A stretch of DNA of 64,000 nucleotides from Coprococcus sp. (GTDB taxonomy: Bacteria > Bacillota > Clostridia > Lachnospirales > Lachnospiraceae), in contig JBNMKK010000006.1 of the NCBI GenBank assembly GCA_050874325.1, positions 551-64,550 on the forward strand, given 5' to 3'. The notes beneath the pieces are model-generated. The model ran no database searches and was not told the origin of the DNA. It saw only the letters and a list, made by a program, of their open reading frames with translations. Positions 20,401 through 29,546 of the stretch are shown piece after piece (position 1 is the stretch's first letter; each line of letters opens with the position of its first letter). The position numbers were made by a program, and so were the translations under genes.

Positions 20401-21734
20401 CCGACTGCAACGTTCCCCTGACCTATCTCTGTTATACAGTTTACCGAGTTGCTCACAAGGGACGACTCACTTCGGTTGAAACTCTTGTACTGCCAATTTC
20501 TGTCAACCCTGATAACTCCATATATCTTATATGTAGCTATCCAAAGCTGATCATTTGTATCTACATACAGATCTCTTATACTTATTCCATATAACTTGGA
20601 TACAAGCTCATTGTCACTTCCGACCACAAGTTTCCCCTTTGAATCCACAACATACAGTCCCTCATCAGTTCCGATGAAAATGTTGCCATTGTAACTTGTG
20701 ACACAGTTGACGATGGAACTGTCTATTCCATATTTCATCGTCACGTTCTGGAACTTGCTCTGTTCAAGGAAAAGCAGTCCTTTTCTATAAGATGTGAACC
20801 AATAATTGCCCTCAAAATCCTTTATCATGTCACTCATAGACTCGTTGAATCTGAGGCTTTCCACATTGACTATCTTATTCTCGGATGTGACATATCCCAC
20901 GCCATCATCAGCTAGAACCCATATCTTTTCTCCGTCATCATATATCTTATTGATACCGTGAAGACTTCCCGTATTTATCACACCGACCTTGCCGCTGTTC
21001 GTTATTGTGAGGATACTGTATCCGGCTGATCCATAGTATCTTGTACCATTTTCATCTACAAACAAGGAGTTGATATCATCTATTCCATAGTTGGATTTTG
21101 ATGTGACTGTGACATCCCCGTTATTTCCTACTCTGATAAGCACATCATTGTTCGCAGTGGCATATATCGTTCCGTCATATCCTGATATATTTCCAATGTT
21201 ATATCCTGATATGCTCTCATCCTCAACCATCTTTACACCGTCTGCTGTCAGATAATATATTCCTGAAGATGATGCAAGCCATAATTGATTTTCCTCGTCC
21301 TCGTACATCGCATTTATCGTTGACACCCCGAGATTATATGTCTCTGCAACTCTGTGAAACGCTCCACTATCATATACATACAGACCATAATTGTCAGTTC
21401 CCACATATAGCTTGTCATCACTGGTGAGGTATATGCAGTTTATTGAATACTTCGTTCCGTCCTCATCGCTGTCAAGCGGGAAAAGTGTGAACTCACTGCC
21501 ATCATATCTGTATATTCCATTGTCTGTTCCTATCCATATATATCCACTTGTGGACTGGCATACGCAATTTGCCTCACCGCTGTCAAATCCCTCATCACCG
21601 GCAAATGTGTGCTGACTGTAATCCGATGTAAAATCACTGTCTGCACGCACCTTTTGCCGTGGCAGTATCACCACCGCCACGGCAAAAACAATTGCAAATA
21701 TTCTTATAAGCCCTCTGCTAAGCTGGTTTCTCAT
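17421..21734 (-). CDS. Hybrid sensor protein: signal peptide, beta-propeller (Reg_prop) repeats, Y_Y_Y domain, TM, HisKA, degenerate HATPase, REC, Hpt
   Basis: Repeated IWIGT/LYVGT blades, YTNLEGGTYKF, HEIRTPL, DTGLG, IVDD..FIDTVMP..KP, IHDIKSSSANIGA. Confidence 0.9.
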   Translation of the reverse strand: MRNQLSRGLIRIFAIVFAVAVVILPRQKVRADSDFTSDYSQHTFAGDEGFDSGEANCVCQSTSGYIWIGTDNGIYRYDGSEFTLFPLDSDEDGTKYSINCIYLTSDDKLYVGTDNYGLYVYDSGAFHRVAETYNLGVSTINAMYEDEENQLWLASSSGIYYLTADGVKMVEDESISGYNIGNISGYDGTIYATANNDVLIRVGNNGDVTVTSKSNYGIDDINSLFVDENGTRYYGSAGYSILTITNSGKVGVINTGSLHGINKIYDDGEKIWVLADDGVGYVTSENKIVNVESLRFNESMSDMIKDFEGNYWFTSYRKGLLFLEQSKFQNVTMKYGIDSSIVNCVTSYNGNIFIGTDEGLYVVDSKGKLVVGSDNELVSKLYGISIRDLYVDTNDQLWIATYKIYGVIRVDRNWQYKSFNRSESSLVSNSVNCITEIGQGNVAVGTENGISIVGTDEVIRNISRMDGLDNPDIISLYMSENGDLYAGSNGAGIYIINKDYRVTNMALEDNQKMSVVTSMVQGSSGLWIGTDNGLYYKEGAVRQITTVDNTNSIYDMILDSTGYLWIFGSRGMYRYYEKDILSSASPEFISFSKNDGIISNITEKSTNYVSNSGTVYVCCDEGLCKINLESEYVNEIAPKVRVASVEVDGEEYPVSELDGQIDVPKNTNRITIRFSVLSYVNREDINVNYYLEGFESEKRTLTGTDKMEVEYTNLEGGTYKFVLTANNADGVECEQPLTFVIDKELGFFETNLAKMLGIVLILLLILIGIGVARSIFRTLRKQNEQVEELSKKSEEAEKSNQAKNDYVNYLNHEIRTPLNNIISISELAMRGCQDPQSDEYIQYSRLYSAGREILDMSDGISKLSNLKDDIIDPEFKQYFASDLIEELSEELGGMINRDLIDLKVSIEDKIPNGLIGDMQAIREIIENIFTWSASTTKEGYISIDVDWHMARTAENDEHEPEDMAGSSEYGDYIDEPETEISRIFDRDHDEIYLDFKVSDTGLGVKEERLDTMFELDDSYERSDIGMFRVSLGLAIAKELVRLLDGDISVESIYGAGTTIRFSVRQSVFDYSYVNYNERKRKEMARRNANSHLWLPDVKILIVDDSEIGLQVEKTIFDTYGLDCDTATSGFDALDKVMVNGYDMVFIDTVMPVMDGIDTVREIRNLDGEEFKKIPIVALSANTVETSREEILTSGFNDIIVKPIELDQAESMLRTYVAVDKVKEKNTDLTQSEDDINYMEDAVLLRRFIAVEDTVRVMGGSFKTFNTFVRNYMEEYKDEVQMLRNYIDDDVRRYKNIIHDIKSSSANIGAYGIERKAANLESAINIGNQQYARDNTRDFIAMMNDFFKQIDKYMAKINHVEKVEEKEYRDGINKGKLKEMRAFLRAGDREPVESLISEIDRYQYGDIDTEFFTALKDYVASGDYQTSSEMIDQYLNSI

Positions 21735-21778
21735 TTATTCCTCCGGAAATGTGTGAAGAATACCACATATCTGAAATC

Positions 21779-23158
21779 CTAAGCGTTCTTCAGAAATGCT
21801 ACATATCCCTTCTTGGTCTCATATATGTCTGCCTTTGATGTCACTTCCCATGGCGCATGCATGTTAAGGACAGCGACGCCACAATCTATAACCTCCATAC
21901 CGTACAGTGAAAGTATATAGGCTATGGTTCCGCCACCACCCACATCTACTTTTCCAAGCTCTGCTGTCTGATATGTTATCTCTGCATCGTCCATTATCTT
22001 TCTGATCGCCGCCATATACTCAGCATTTGCATCATTGGATCCTGACTTTCCTCTGGAACCGGTAAACTTGTTGAATACCATTCCCTCTCCAAATATAGCT
22101 GCATTTTTCTTGTCAAATGCTGACTCAAATGTAGGATCAAAGCCCGCTGACACATCTGAGGACAACATTCTTGATGATGCAAGGCATCTTCTGAGAGAAA
22201 TCTCTGAAAATCCTCCCATTGCATTCATGATCTCTGCAACTGTGTTCTCAAAGAAATGTGACTGCATTCCTGTAGCTCCCACACTGCCTATCTCCTCCTT
22301 ATCTGTGAGCAGACAGCATGTTGTCCTCTCCGGTGTCTCAGCCTCGATCATGGCAACAAGAGATGTGAACGCACACACTCTGTCGTCCTGTCCATAAGCC
22401 ATTATCATGCTCTCATCTATACCACAGTTTCTTGCCCTTCCGGCAGGAACGATCTCCAGTTCTGCTGAGAGGAAATCCTCCTCCTTCATGTCGTACTTCT
22501 TTTCAAGGAGTTCAAGCACTGCTGCCTTTACTGCCTCCTTCTCCTTACCCTCAAGCGGTCTGCTTGCAAAGAGTATATCAAGCTGTTCTCCCTCTATCAC
22601 AGAATCAGCTCTCTTCTTCAACTGCTCCTGAGAGAGATGTATGAGCAGATCAGTCACACAGAAAACAGGATCATTTTTGTCCTCTCCTATGTTGACTGTC
22701 AAAACATCACCGTTTGTCTTTGCCACAACTCCATGTATGGCAAGAGGAAGTGTGACCCACTGATATTTCTTTATTCCTCCATAATAATGAGTGTCAAGAT
22801 ATGCAAATCCCCCCTTTTCATACAATGGATTCTGCTTTACATCCATACGTGGGGAATCTATATGCGCTCCAAGTATGTTCATACCCTTCTCAAGTTTCTT
22901 TTTGCCTATATTGAACATGGCTACTGTCTTATTCATCCATACTGCGTATACTTTGTCGCCGGTCTCAAGTTTCTCCTTATTTTTTATAACCTTTTTGAGA
23001 TCTTTGTAACCATTTTCCTCAGCCTGTCTGACTATCTCCTTCACACATTCTCTCTCTGTCTTTCCATTATCCAGGAAATCCCTGTAGTCCTTACACAGGC
23101 TCTCAAGCTCCTTTATCTCTTCTTTCTTGTACTTACTCCATGCATTTTTCTGTGTCAT
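21779..23158 (-). CDS. M18 family (aspartyl) aminopeptidase
   Basis: AHIDSPR, YYGGIKKYQW, GQDDRVC, DKEEIGS, SSDV, NMHAPWE. Confidence 0.93.
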   Translation of the reverse strand: MTQKNAWSKYKKEEIKELESLCKDYRDFLDNGKTERECVKEIVRQAEENGYKDLKKVIKNKEKLETGDKVYAVWMNKTVAMFNIGKKKLEKGMNILGAHIDSPRMDVKQNPLYEKGGFAYLDTHYYGGIKKYQWVTLPLAIHGVVAKTNGDVLTVNIGEDKNDPVFCVTDLLIHLSQEQLKKRADSVIEGEQLDILFASRPLEGKEKEAVKAAVLELLEKKYDMKEEDFLSAELEIVPAGRARNCGIDESMIMAYGQDDRVCAFTSLVAMIEAETPERTTCCLLTDKEEIGSVGATGMQSHFFENTVAEIMNAMGGFSEISLRRCLASSRMLSSDVSAGFDPTFESAFDKKNAAIFGEGMVFNKFTGSRGKSGSNDANAEYMAAIRKIMDDAEITYQTAELGKVDVGGGGTIAYILSLYGMEVIDCGVAVLNMHAPWEVTSKADIYETKKGYVAFLKNA

Positions 23159-23226
23159 TTTCCTTACCTCCTGTAATTTTGAACATCAGCACTTTCTGAC
23201 ATGTGCTTTTAGCACACAGTGCAGGT

Positions 23227-24897
23227 TCATTCACTGTAAACATCAGTGTCTATATTCCTTTCGCTCATCTTCATCGTGTATCTTCGCAAAATGATGAGCA
23301 TAGCTCCCAGGATCATTAAATAAAGTATATATACTGCAATAGACGGTATCCGTGTAAATCTGAACAACAGGTAACCCGCCCCGCAAAATACGATCGCAAC
23401 AACGATCGCTATTGCCATATTGAAGAAAGCGTTCAGATTTCCTCTGAGCGCACCATACTCATCCTCCCAATCTATCTTTGGGTGGGTGGAATCCAGCAAG
23501 ATTCCGGTGTATGTACATATCGCAACACATAAAATTCCTATAATGACATAATATACGCTGTCAATAAAACTGCAATCCATGTATATACTGAGTATCACGG
23601 TGCTGATCGCCACTGTCACGCCGCTAAATACCAGGCTTATCCAAACTTTGACACGTATCTGCGTCCTGTATGCCATAGGTATGTGTTTGATAAATGATAT
23701 ATGACTTCCCTCTCTGGTGAACGCCGTTGAGGCTATACTGTTCATAGCAGTTGCAAAAAAAGCTATGGCTGTCACGGCTATGAGTACCAGTACATCAGAA
23801 AGGAAAAAACCTTTCTCAAATGTCGCCCTGAATCCCCTTATAGAATCAGCTGTTGCAGGTATTTTGAATAACGCCACAACAAGAATCGGCCATATTATAT
23901 TTACAACAACACAATACTTTCTGTATGCCGGAGTTCTGACCAGAGTCTTGAGTTCCTTGTCAAAATATGCCTTAAACTGTGTCCTTATGGCAAAACTTTC
24001 AAGCTTATCCTTCTCTCTATGTCTTCGTCCGGATCTTCCGGTCGAAGAAACCAGATACACTCCCTTTAGATAAAGGGCATTTCCAAGGAAAAGCAAAAGA
24101 GCTATACACACTGCATTTACCAGGACAAACAGCAGCATATATATGATACTGTCACCCTGGAGTGATCTCAGAAACAGCGGCACAGTGAAAAACACTTTGT
24201 TCATTATGTTGATAAATATATTGTCACCATTTTTAAGGCTGTCTATGTAATTATTTATATTTACAGAATCCATCTGTGCAAATGACCATATGAAGAGTCC
24301 TGCAAACACCACCATTGCAAGTCCCACCATAAAATCAACATTTTTCAAAAGCTTTGCTTTGCTGAAAAATGCCATGACTATGAGTGAAAATATACCGCAA
24401 TACACCAGCGGCAGCACCGGAAGAAGAAACACTCCTATTATGGATGTGATGACCGATACCGGTCTTATCTCCGCAGCCACAAAATAACCTATGAATCCAC
24501 AGAACAAAACCATAAATTCCATAACACTCTCAGCGAAATATGCATGGGTAAACTTAGCAGCAACAAGCTCCGCAGGTCTTACCGGAAGCGGCAGCAGATG
24601 ATCCAGATCCGACGAAAAATAAAGCAGATTGAATATGACCATTATGCTGAATATAACACCAAATACAGACATCAGCTGTATCACAAGATTCAGTCCCTCG
24701 GTCTGTCCACCAGCCTCCATGAGTGCCGCAGTCATTATGTAAACTATAAACCCAACAACAACACAGCAAGGTATCATGATACATCCCATGGCTATATAAC
24801 CCATGACCTTGTATCCCTTTGCCTTCTCACCGTGCTCCGGCATCTCCATGTCATTATTTCGACTGATCATCTTGAGCAAAGTCCTAAAATTCTTCAT
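23227..24897 (-). CDS. ABC-2 type transporter permease
   Basis: About 12-14 TM segments; motifs DLDHLLPLPV, AFTREG, WEDE; coupled to the ATPase gene. Confidence 0.85.
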   Translation of the reverse strand: MKNFRTLLKMISRNNDMEMPEHGEKAKGYKVMGYIAMGCIMIPCCVVVGFIVYIMTAALMEAGGQTEGLNLVIQLMSVFGVIFSIMVIFNLLYFSSDLDHLLPLPVRPAELVAAKFTHAYFAESVMEFMVLFCGFIGYFVAAEIRPVSVITSIIGVFLLPVLPLVYCGIFSLIVMAFFSKAKLLKNVDFMVGLAMVVFAGLFIWSFAQMDSVNINNYIDSLKNGDNIFINIMNKVFFTVPLFLRSLQGDSIIYMLLFVLVNAVCIALLLFLGNALYLKGVYLVSSTGRSGRRHREKDKLESFAIRTQFKAYFDKELKTLVRTPAYRKYCVVVNIIWPILVVALFKIPATADSIRGFRATFEKGFFLSDVLVLIAVTAIAFFATAMNSIASTAFTREGSHISFIKHIPMAYRTQIRVKVWISLVFSGVTVAISTVILSIYMDCSFIDSVYYVIIGILCVAICTYTGILLDSTHPKIDWEDEYGALRGNLNAFFNMAIAIVVAIVFCGAGYLLFRFTRIPSIAVYILYLMILGAMLIILRRYTMKMSERNIDTDVYSE

Positions 24898-25609
24898 GCG
24901 TCATCTCCACAAAAATCTCCTCAAGAGATTTGTTCTTATGCTGGTCTTCAAGTTCTTCCAAAGTTCCCTGATATATATCTTTTCCTTTGCGGATCATTAT
25001 TATCTTGTCACACAGTTTCTCCGCGACCTCAAGCACATGGGTCGAGAAAAATACACAGTTGCCCGCATCTGCGTGTTCCCTCATCATCTTCTTTAACTCG
25101 TACGCCGCGTTCGGATCAAGTCCTGTCATGGGCTCGTCAAGTATCCATACTGGCGGATTATGTACAAGCGCAGCTATGACCATCATCTTCTGCCTCATGC
25201 CATGAGAATAACTCACCATCTGTCTGTTCAGACTGTCCTCCATGCCAAATCGCTCAGCCATCTGTTCGATGCGCATTTTTCTATCAGACACCGACACGCC
25301 GTATATATCAGCGATAAAGTTTACATACTCAAGCCCGGTGAGTCTGAGAAAAATATCCGGGTTATCTGCTATATACCCCATGGACTGTTTTGCCTCCATA
25401 GGTTTCTCCCTCATGTCGTATCCATTTATGACAACTCTGCCCTCGGTTGGCATAAGTATTCCAGTGAGCATCTTTATAGTGGTTGTCTTTCCTGCACCAT
25501 TCTGCCCTACAAATCCAACGATCTCACCCTTATTTATATGAAAGCTCAGATCGTCAACTGACACGAAATCTCCACCATATATTTTTTTCAGATTTTCCGC
25601 TTTTATCAT
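24884..25609 (-). CDS. ABC transporter ATP-binding protein
   Basis: GQNGAGKTT, YSHGMRQK, ILDEPMTGLDP, STH. Start moved to MIKAENL. Confidence 0.93.
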   Translation of the reverse strand: MIKAENLKKIYGGDFVSVDDLSFHINKGEIVGFVGQNGAGKTTTIKMLTGILMPTEGRVVINGYDMREKPMEAKQSMGYIADNPDIFLRLTGLEYVNFIADIYGVSVSDRKMRIEQMAERFGMEDSLNRQMVSYSHGMRQKMMVIAALVHNPPVWILDEPMTGLDPNAAYELKKMMREHADAGNCVFFSTHVLEVAEKLCDKIIMIRKGKDIYQGTLEELEDQHKNKSLEEIFVEMTHEEF

Positions 25610-25715
25610 GTGTATAAACCCTTTCGCTATATCTGCCATATGCTGCTGTATGTACATCCAATTCTATATTACAGATATACACACTTATGTTTATTATATC
25701 AATTCATGATACTGT

Positions 25716-28700
25716 TTACAAGTTTACTGTGCTGTCAAGACAGAATGAATATATGATCTTCTCCTTAACTTTAAGTCCCGTGAGTTGCTCCAGGACATCA
25801 GCGTATTTCTCAAGCTGCACATGATATTTTGTAACAAGCTCATCCGCAGCTTTAACCGTGTCTGTCTTGTAGTCCATAAGCACTATCTGCCCATCCTCAA
25901 CAAAATATGCATCTATTATTCCCTGGACAACAACCGTCTCATCTGATTCGTTATTCACCCCGGCTGCATTCCCCAGGATCTCCTCAGGAGTCATCATCAT
26001 ATAAAACTGCCTCTCCCTGTACAGTTCTCCTCTTCTGTCAGCTGCTGCCATCCTCTGTCCGAGGATGCTGCCTAACATTCTTGATATCTTGCTCGGATGT
26101 ATCTTTTCCCTGTAAATATCATTGAATATTCCAAGATCAAATATCCTGTCTATCTCCACCTGCACGCCGCTGTCTGTGGTCTGCTGAAAATCCACAAGTT
26201 CCATTATCTTATGATATACCGTTCCTATCTCATTTCCTGCTATGGCCTTCTCACCGCTCATAAATTCCGGAATCGGAGAATCTTTTCTCTCCACATACTT
26301 CTTTTCACTTCCTATATCCACATAGTCATCCTGTTCATACATGTACTGAAGTCTCTTTATCTCCGTTATGGACATTTTACTCTTAAGCCCGGATGATTCA
26401 TGGGCATACTTAAATCCCAGCCCTCTCCTGATCTTCTCATAAAATTCATCATCTATATCACCGGCTGCCACATTTGTCTTCTCGTCATCACCATCCTTCT
26501 CTGCTGCCGCTATGAGATCTGAAGATTTTATCTCGTGTACCTCAAGAAATCCTTCATAGTCCACATACCTGAGCGCTGTGTATATCCATTCCAAAAAGCT
26601 ACTGCCACTCAGCAAAGCTACGCTGTTCATCTCGGAGCCGATCGCATATACACCACATTTTTCCTTGAATTTATCAATAGATCTTGGGCAGCCCGTCATG
26701 TATAGCTTTTCTTTTGCCCTTGTGAGTGCAACATAGAGAACACGGAGTTCCTCCGCATAATTCTCTGTCCTCATCTCAGATGCCATCACCCTTCTGATGA
26801 ATGTATCCTTCTTCACCCTCGCATCTGAGTCTATAGCCAGTGATGCAAGGTAGTATCTCTGATGAACCAACACCTTTTTCTGCAGTTCCTTCATGTTGAA
26901 CCTTTTGCCAAGCCCTGCAACAAAAAGCACAGGGAATTCCAAACCTTTGCTCTTGTGCATTGTCATCACCCGGACCACATTATCGTTGTCACTCACAGTA
27001 TCCGCCTCTGCAAAATCCAGCGAATGTGTCTTGAGTTCATTTACATAGCGGATGAAATTGAAAACTCCCTTGCTGTTCTGCTCAAAGTCATCAGCTTTCT
27101 TTATAAGCATGTCTATATTTGCCTGTCGGCGCCTGCCCATGGGTCTTGCCCCAACAAACCAATAAAAACCTGTCCTGTCAAGAACATATCTTATGATGTC
27201 ACTTATGGACATATAACTCTTGTTCTCCTTCAGGTAATCAAGCATATTTACAAATGCACGTATCTTTAAAAGAGTCTGTCCATCCTCATGCATCTCCATA
27301 TAATCTATGAGCTTATCATATAGACGGACATTGTAATCCCTCTTATCCCGCTCATATCTCATTCTGTACTCACCGACTATCCTGGCAAGTTCCTCCTCGT
27401 CAAGTCCTACCATAGGCGACCTGAGCACCGCTGCCAGATCCGCATCGACATAGCTGTTGTCTATGACTGACAGCATGCTGACCAGACAGCTCACTTCAAC
27501 AGCTCCAAAATAGCCGCTTTCACTCTGTATATATATAGGAATACCCGCGTCCTCAAGCACCTGGTCAAATACTGTGGCTGACCCGGAAACACTTCTCAAA
27601 AGTATCACTATGTCACTGTACTCAACTTTTCTGGTGTGCACTCCATCCTCAGACCGTATATACATCGGTTCTGGTCCGTCAACTAGTTCCTTTATCTTGC
27701 CGGCAATATATCCCGCCTCTATCTGCGCGCAGCTGTAATCCTCATCCATATCGGCTGATATCGTATCGCCATCTATCATGACAAATTCAGACTTTGGTCC
27801 CTGATACACTTCCTCCGGCTCACTCATGCTGCCATCCATATCCTCAACTGCATACTTTGAGTTGAGCCTGGCTGCCGCATCATACTCTATGTCACCTATC
27901 TCTTTCCTCATAAGCTGGGAAAAAAGAGCGTTAACTGTCTTGAGTACATTGATCTCACTTCTGAAATTTCTCGTAAGAACTATACAATTTCCCACCGCCT
28001 CCGCAGATGCCTCATCCTCATCTCCAAGCCTGGTATAAGTGTCATATTTTCCTATGAACAGATCCGGTCTTGCCATCCTGAACTTGTAGATGCTCTGTTT
28101 CACATCTCCAACCATGAATATATTGTTGATATCTTCGCCGTGACCTGCCACACTTCCAAGAATATACTCCTGGATAAAATTGCTGTCCTGATACTCGTCG
28201 ATGAATATCTCTCTATATCTGCGAGAAACCTCCATTCCAGACTTTGACGGAATCGGTCTTCCGTCCTTGATGCCATCACACAATATCCTGTATGCGAACT
28301 CCTCGATGTCATGGAATTCGAATATATTTTTGTCCATCTTCACTTTCAGCAGCTCATCCATATACAGCTCTGTTAGATCAAGGAGAGAACCGAGTATCGG
28401 TGCTGTAAGCTTTGCCTGCAAAAGCACTTCATCCACATCTGTGATCACCGCCATAAGATCTGTTATGATCTCTTTGTACACATCCCTTCGGTTCTTTACA
28501 AACAGTCTTTTCTCCTGATCTACATCACCTCTCACTGCAACAAGCTTGTCAAATGCATAGTATATCTTTCTTCCGGACTCATCCTCCACCGTCTTTTCAC
28601 TCTTTGGTCTAAGCGAATCCATGTATACTTTCTTGAGTTCAAACAGATTTACTCCATACTCCTCATCGGAATCACATATCCTCACCATATGGGTGAGCAT

Positions 28701-29546
28701 ATCCACATCCCTGTCAATCCTCTCCCCATACTTTTCAAGACCGTATTCCTCGGTTGCATACAACTGACACTCAATTGCCATTTTATAAGCCATGCGCACC
28801 GTGTTTTTTGCCCGCTCAGCGAACAATTTCACAACGGGAAGACTCATAACTGCCCTGCTCTTATCCTCAAATCCTGCATCGCCATCAACTGATATCTCAA
28901 GTGCTTTTCGCGCATCACTTATCCACCCATGCCGATCCGGATAACTGGATATCACCTGCATCAGATGCTCAACGAGTTCCGGAACTTCCGTATCTCTCTC
29001 CTTCACCGCAAATGTCCTGATGAGCTTTATAAATCCCGGCACCAGATCCTCGTCCTCATAGCAGCTCTCCATGACCTTGTCCATGACATCTTTTTTTATG
29101 ATCTCCATCTCCGTCTTGTCCGCAATGTCAAACGAAGAATCCAACTGAACCTTTGCAAAAAATTCTTTGACAATATGAAGACAGAAACTGTCTATTGTAC
29201 ATATCTCAGCGTGGTTTATGAGTGTCATCTGCTTTATAAGATGCTCGTCATATATCCCATGTGCCATGTATTCATCAATCTTCTTTTGCAGGGCGGCACC
29301 TATCTTTTCCTTCATCTGGGCTGCAGCCGCATTGGTAAATGTCACGACCAGCAGTTCGTCCACATTTACGCGTTCCTGATCCGGGAGTTTATTGCCCCTG
29401 GAATCCACACCCATGACCATCTCTATTATGCGCTCCACAAGCACCGCCGTCTTTCCTGAGCCGGCAGCCGCCGCAACCAGAAGGTTGCCCTTTCTGGTAT
29501 TGATCACATGTGCCTGCTGTCTTGTCCACGACATCTTACTCTCCAT
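25716..29546 (-). CDS. addA: ATP-dependent helicase/nuclease subunit A
   Basis: AAAGSGKT, VTFTNAAA, IDEYQD, VGDVKQSIYKFR, MTMHKSKGLEF, RVLYVALTRAKE; nuclease motif QGIID..MDYKTD. The start could be 29546 or 29534. Confidence 0.97.
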   Translation of the reverse strand: MESKMSWTRQQAHVINTRKGNLLVAAAAGSGKTAVLVERIIEMVMGVDSRGNKLPDQERVNVDELLVVTFTNAAAAQMKEKIGAALQKKIDEYMAHGIYDEHLIKQMTLINHAEICTIDSFCLHIVKEFFAKVQLDSSFDIADKTEMEIIKKDVMDKVMESCYEDEDLVPGFIKLIRTFAVKERDTEVPELVEHLMQVISSYPDRHGWISDARKALEISVDGDAGFEDKSRAVMSLPVVKLFAERAKNTVRMAYKMAIECQLYATEEYGLEKYGERIDRDVDMLTHMVRICDSDEEYGVNLFELKKVYMDSLRPKSEKTVEDESGRKIYYAFDKLVAVRGDVDQEKRLFVKNRRDVYKEIITDLMAVITDVDEVLLQAKLTAPILGSLLDLTELYMDELLKVKMDKNIFEFHDIEEFAYRILCDGIKDGRPIPSKSGMEVSRRYREIFIDEYQDSNFIQEYILGSVAGHGEDINNIFMVGDVKQSIYKFRMARPDLFIGKYDTYTRLGDEDEASAEAVGNCIVLTRNFRSEINVLKTVNALFSQLMRKEIGDIEYDAAARLNSKYAVEDMDGSMSEPEEVYQGPKSEFVMIDGDTISADMDEDYSCAQIEAGYIAGKIKELVDGPEPMYIRSEDGVHTRKVEYSDIVILLRSVSGSATVFDQVLEDAGIPIYIQSESGYFGAVEVSCLVSMLSVIDNSYVDADLAAVLRSPMVGLDEEELARIVGEYRMRYERDKRDYNVRLYDKLIDYMEMHEDGQTLLKIRAFVNMLDYLKENKSYMSISDIIRYVLDRTGFYWFVGARPMGRRRQANIDMLIKKADDFEQNSKGVFNFIRYVNELKTHSLDFAEADTVSDNDNVVRVMTMHKSKGLEFPVLFVAGLGKRFNMKELQKKVLVHQRYYLASLAIDSDARVKKDTFIRRVMASEMRTENYAEELRVLYVALTRAKEKLYMTGCPRSIDKFKEKCGVYAIGSEMNSVALLSGSSFLEWIYTALRYVDYEGFLEVHEIKSSDLIAAAEKDGDDEKTNVAAGDIDDEFYEKIRRGLGFKYAHESSGLKSKMSITEIKRLQYMYEQDDYVDIGSEKKYVERKDSPIPEFMSGEKAIAGNEIGTVYHKIMELVDFQQTTDSGVQVEIDRIFDLGIFNDIYREKIHPSKISRMLGSILGQRMAAADRRGELYRERQFYMMMTPEEILGNAAGVNNESDETVVVQGIIDAYFVEDGQIVLMDYKTDTVKAADELVTKYHVQLEKYADVLEQLTGLKVKEKIIYSFCLDSTVNL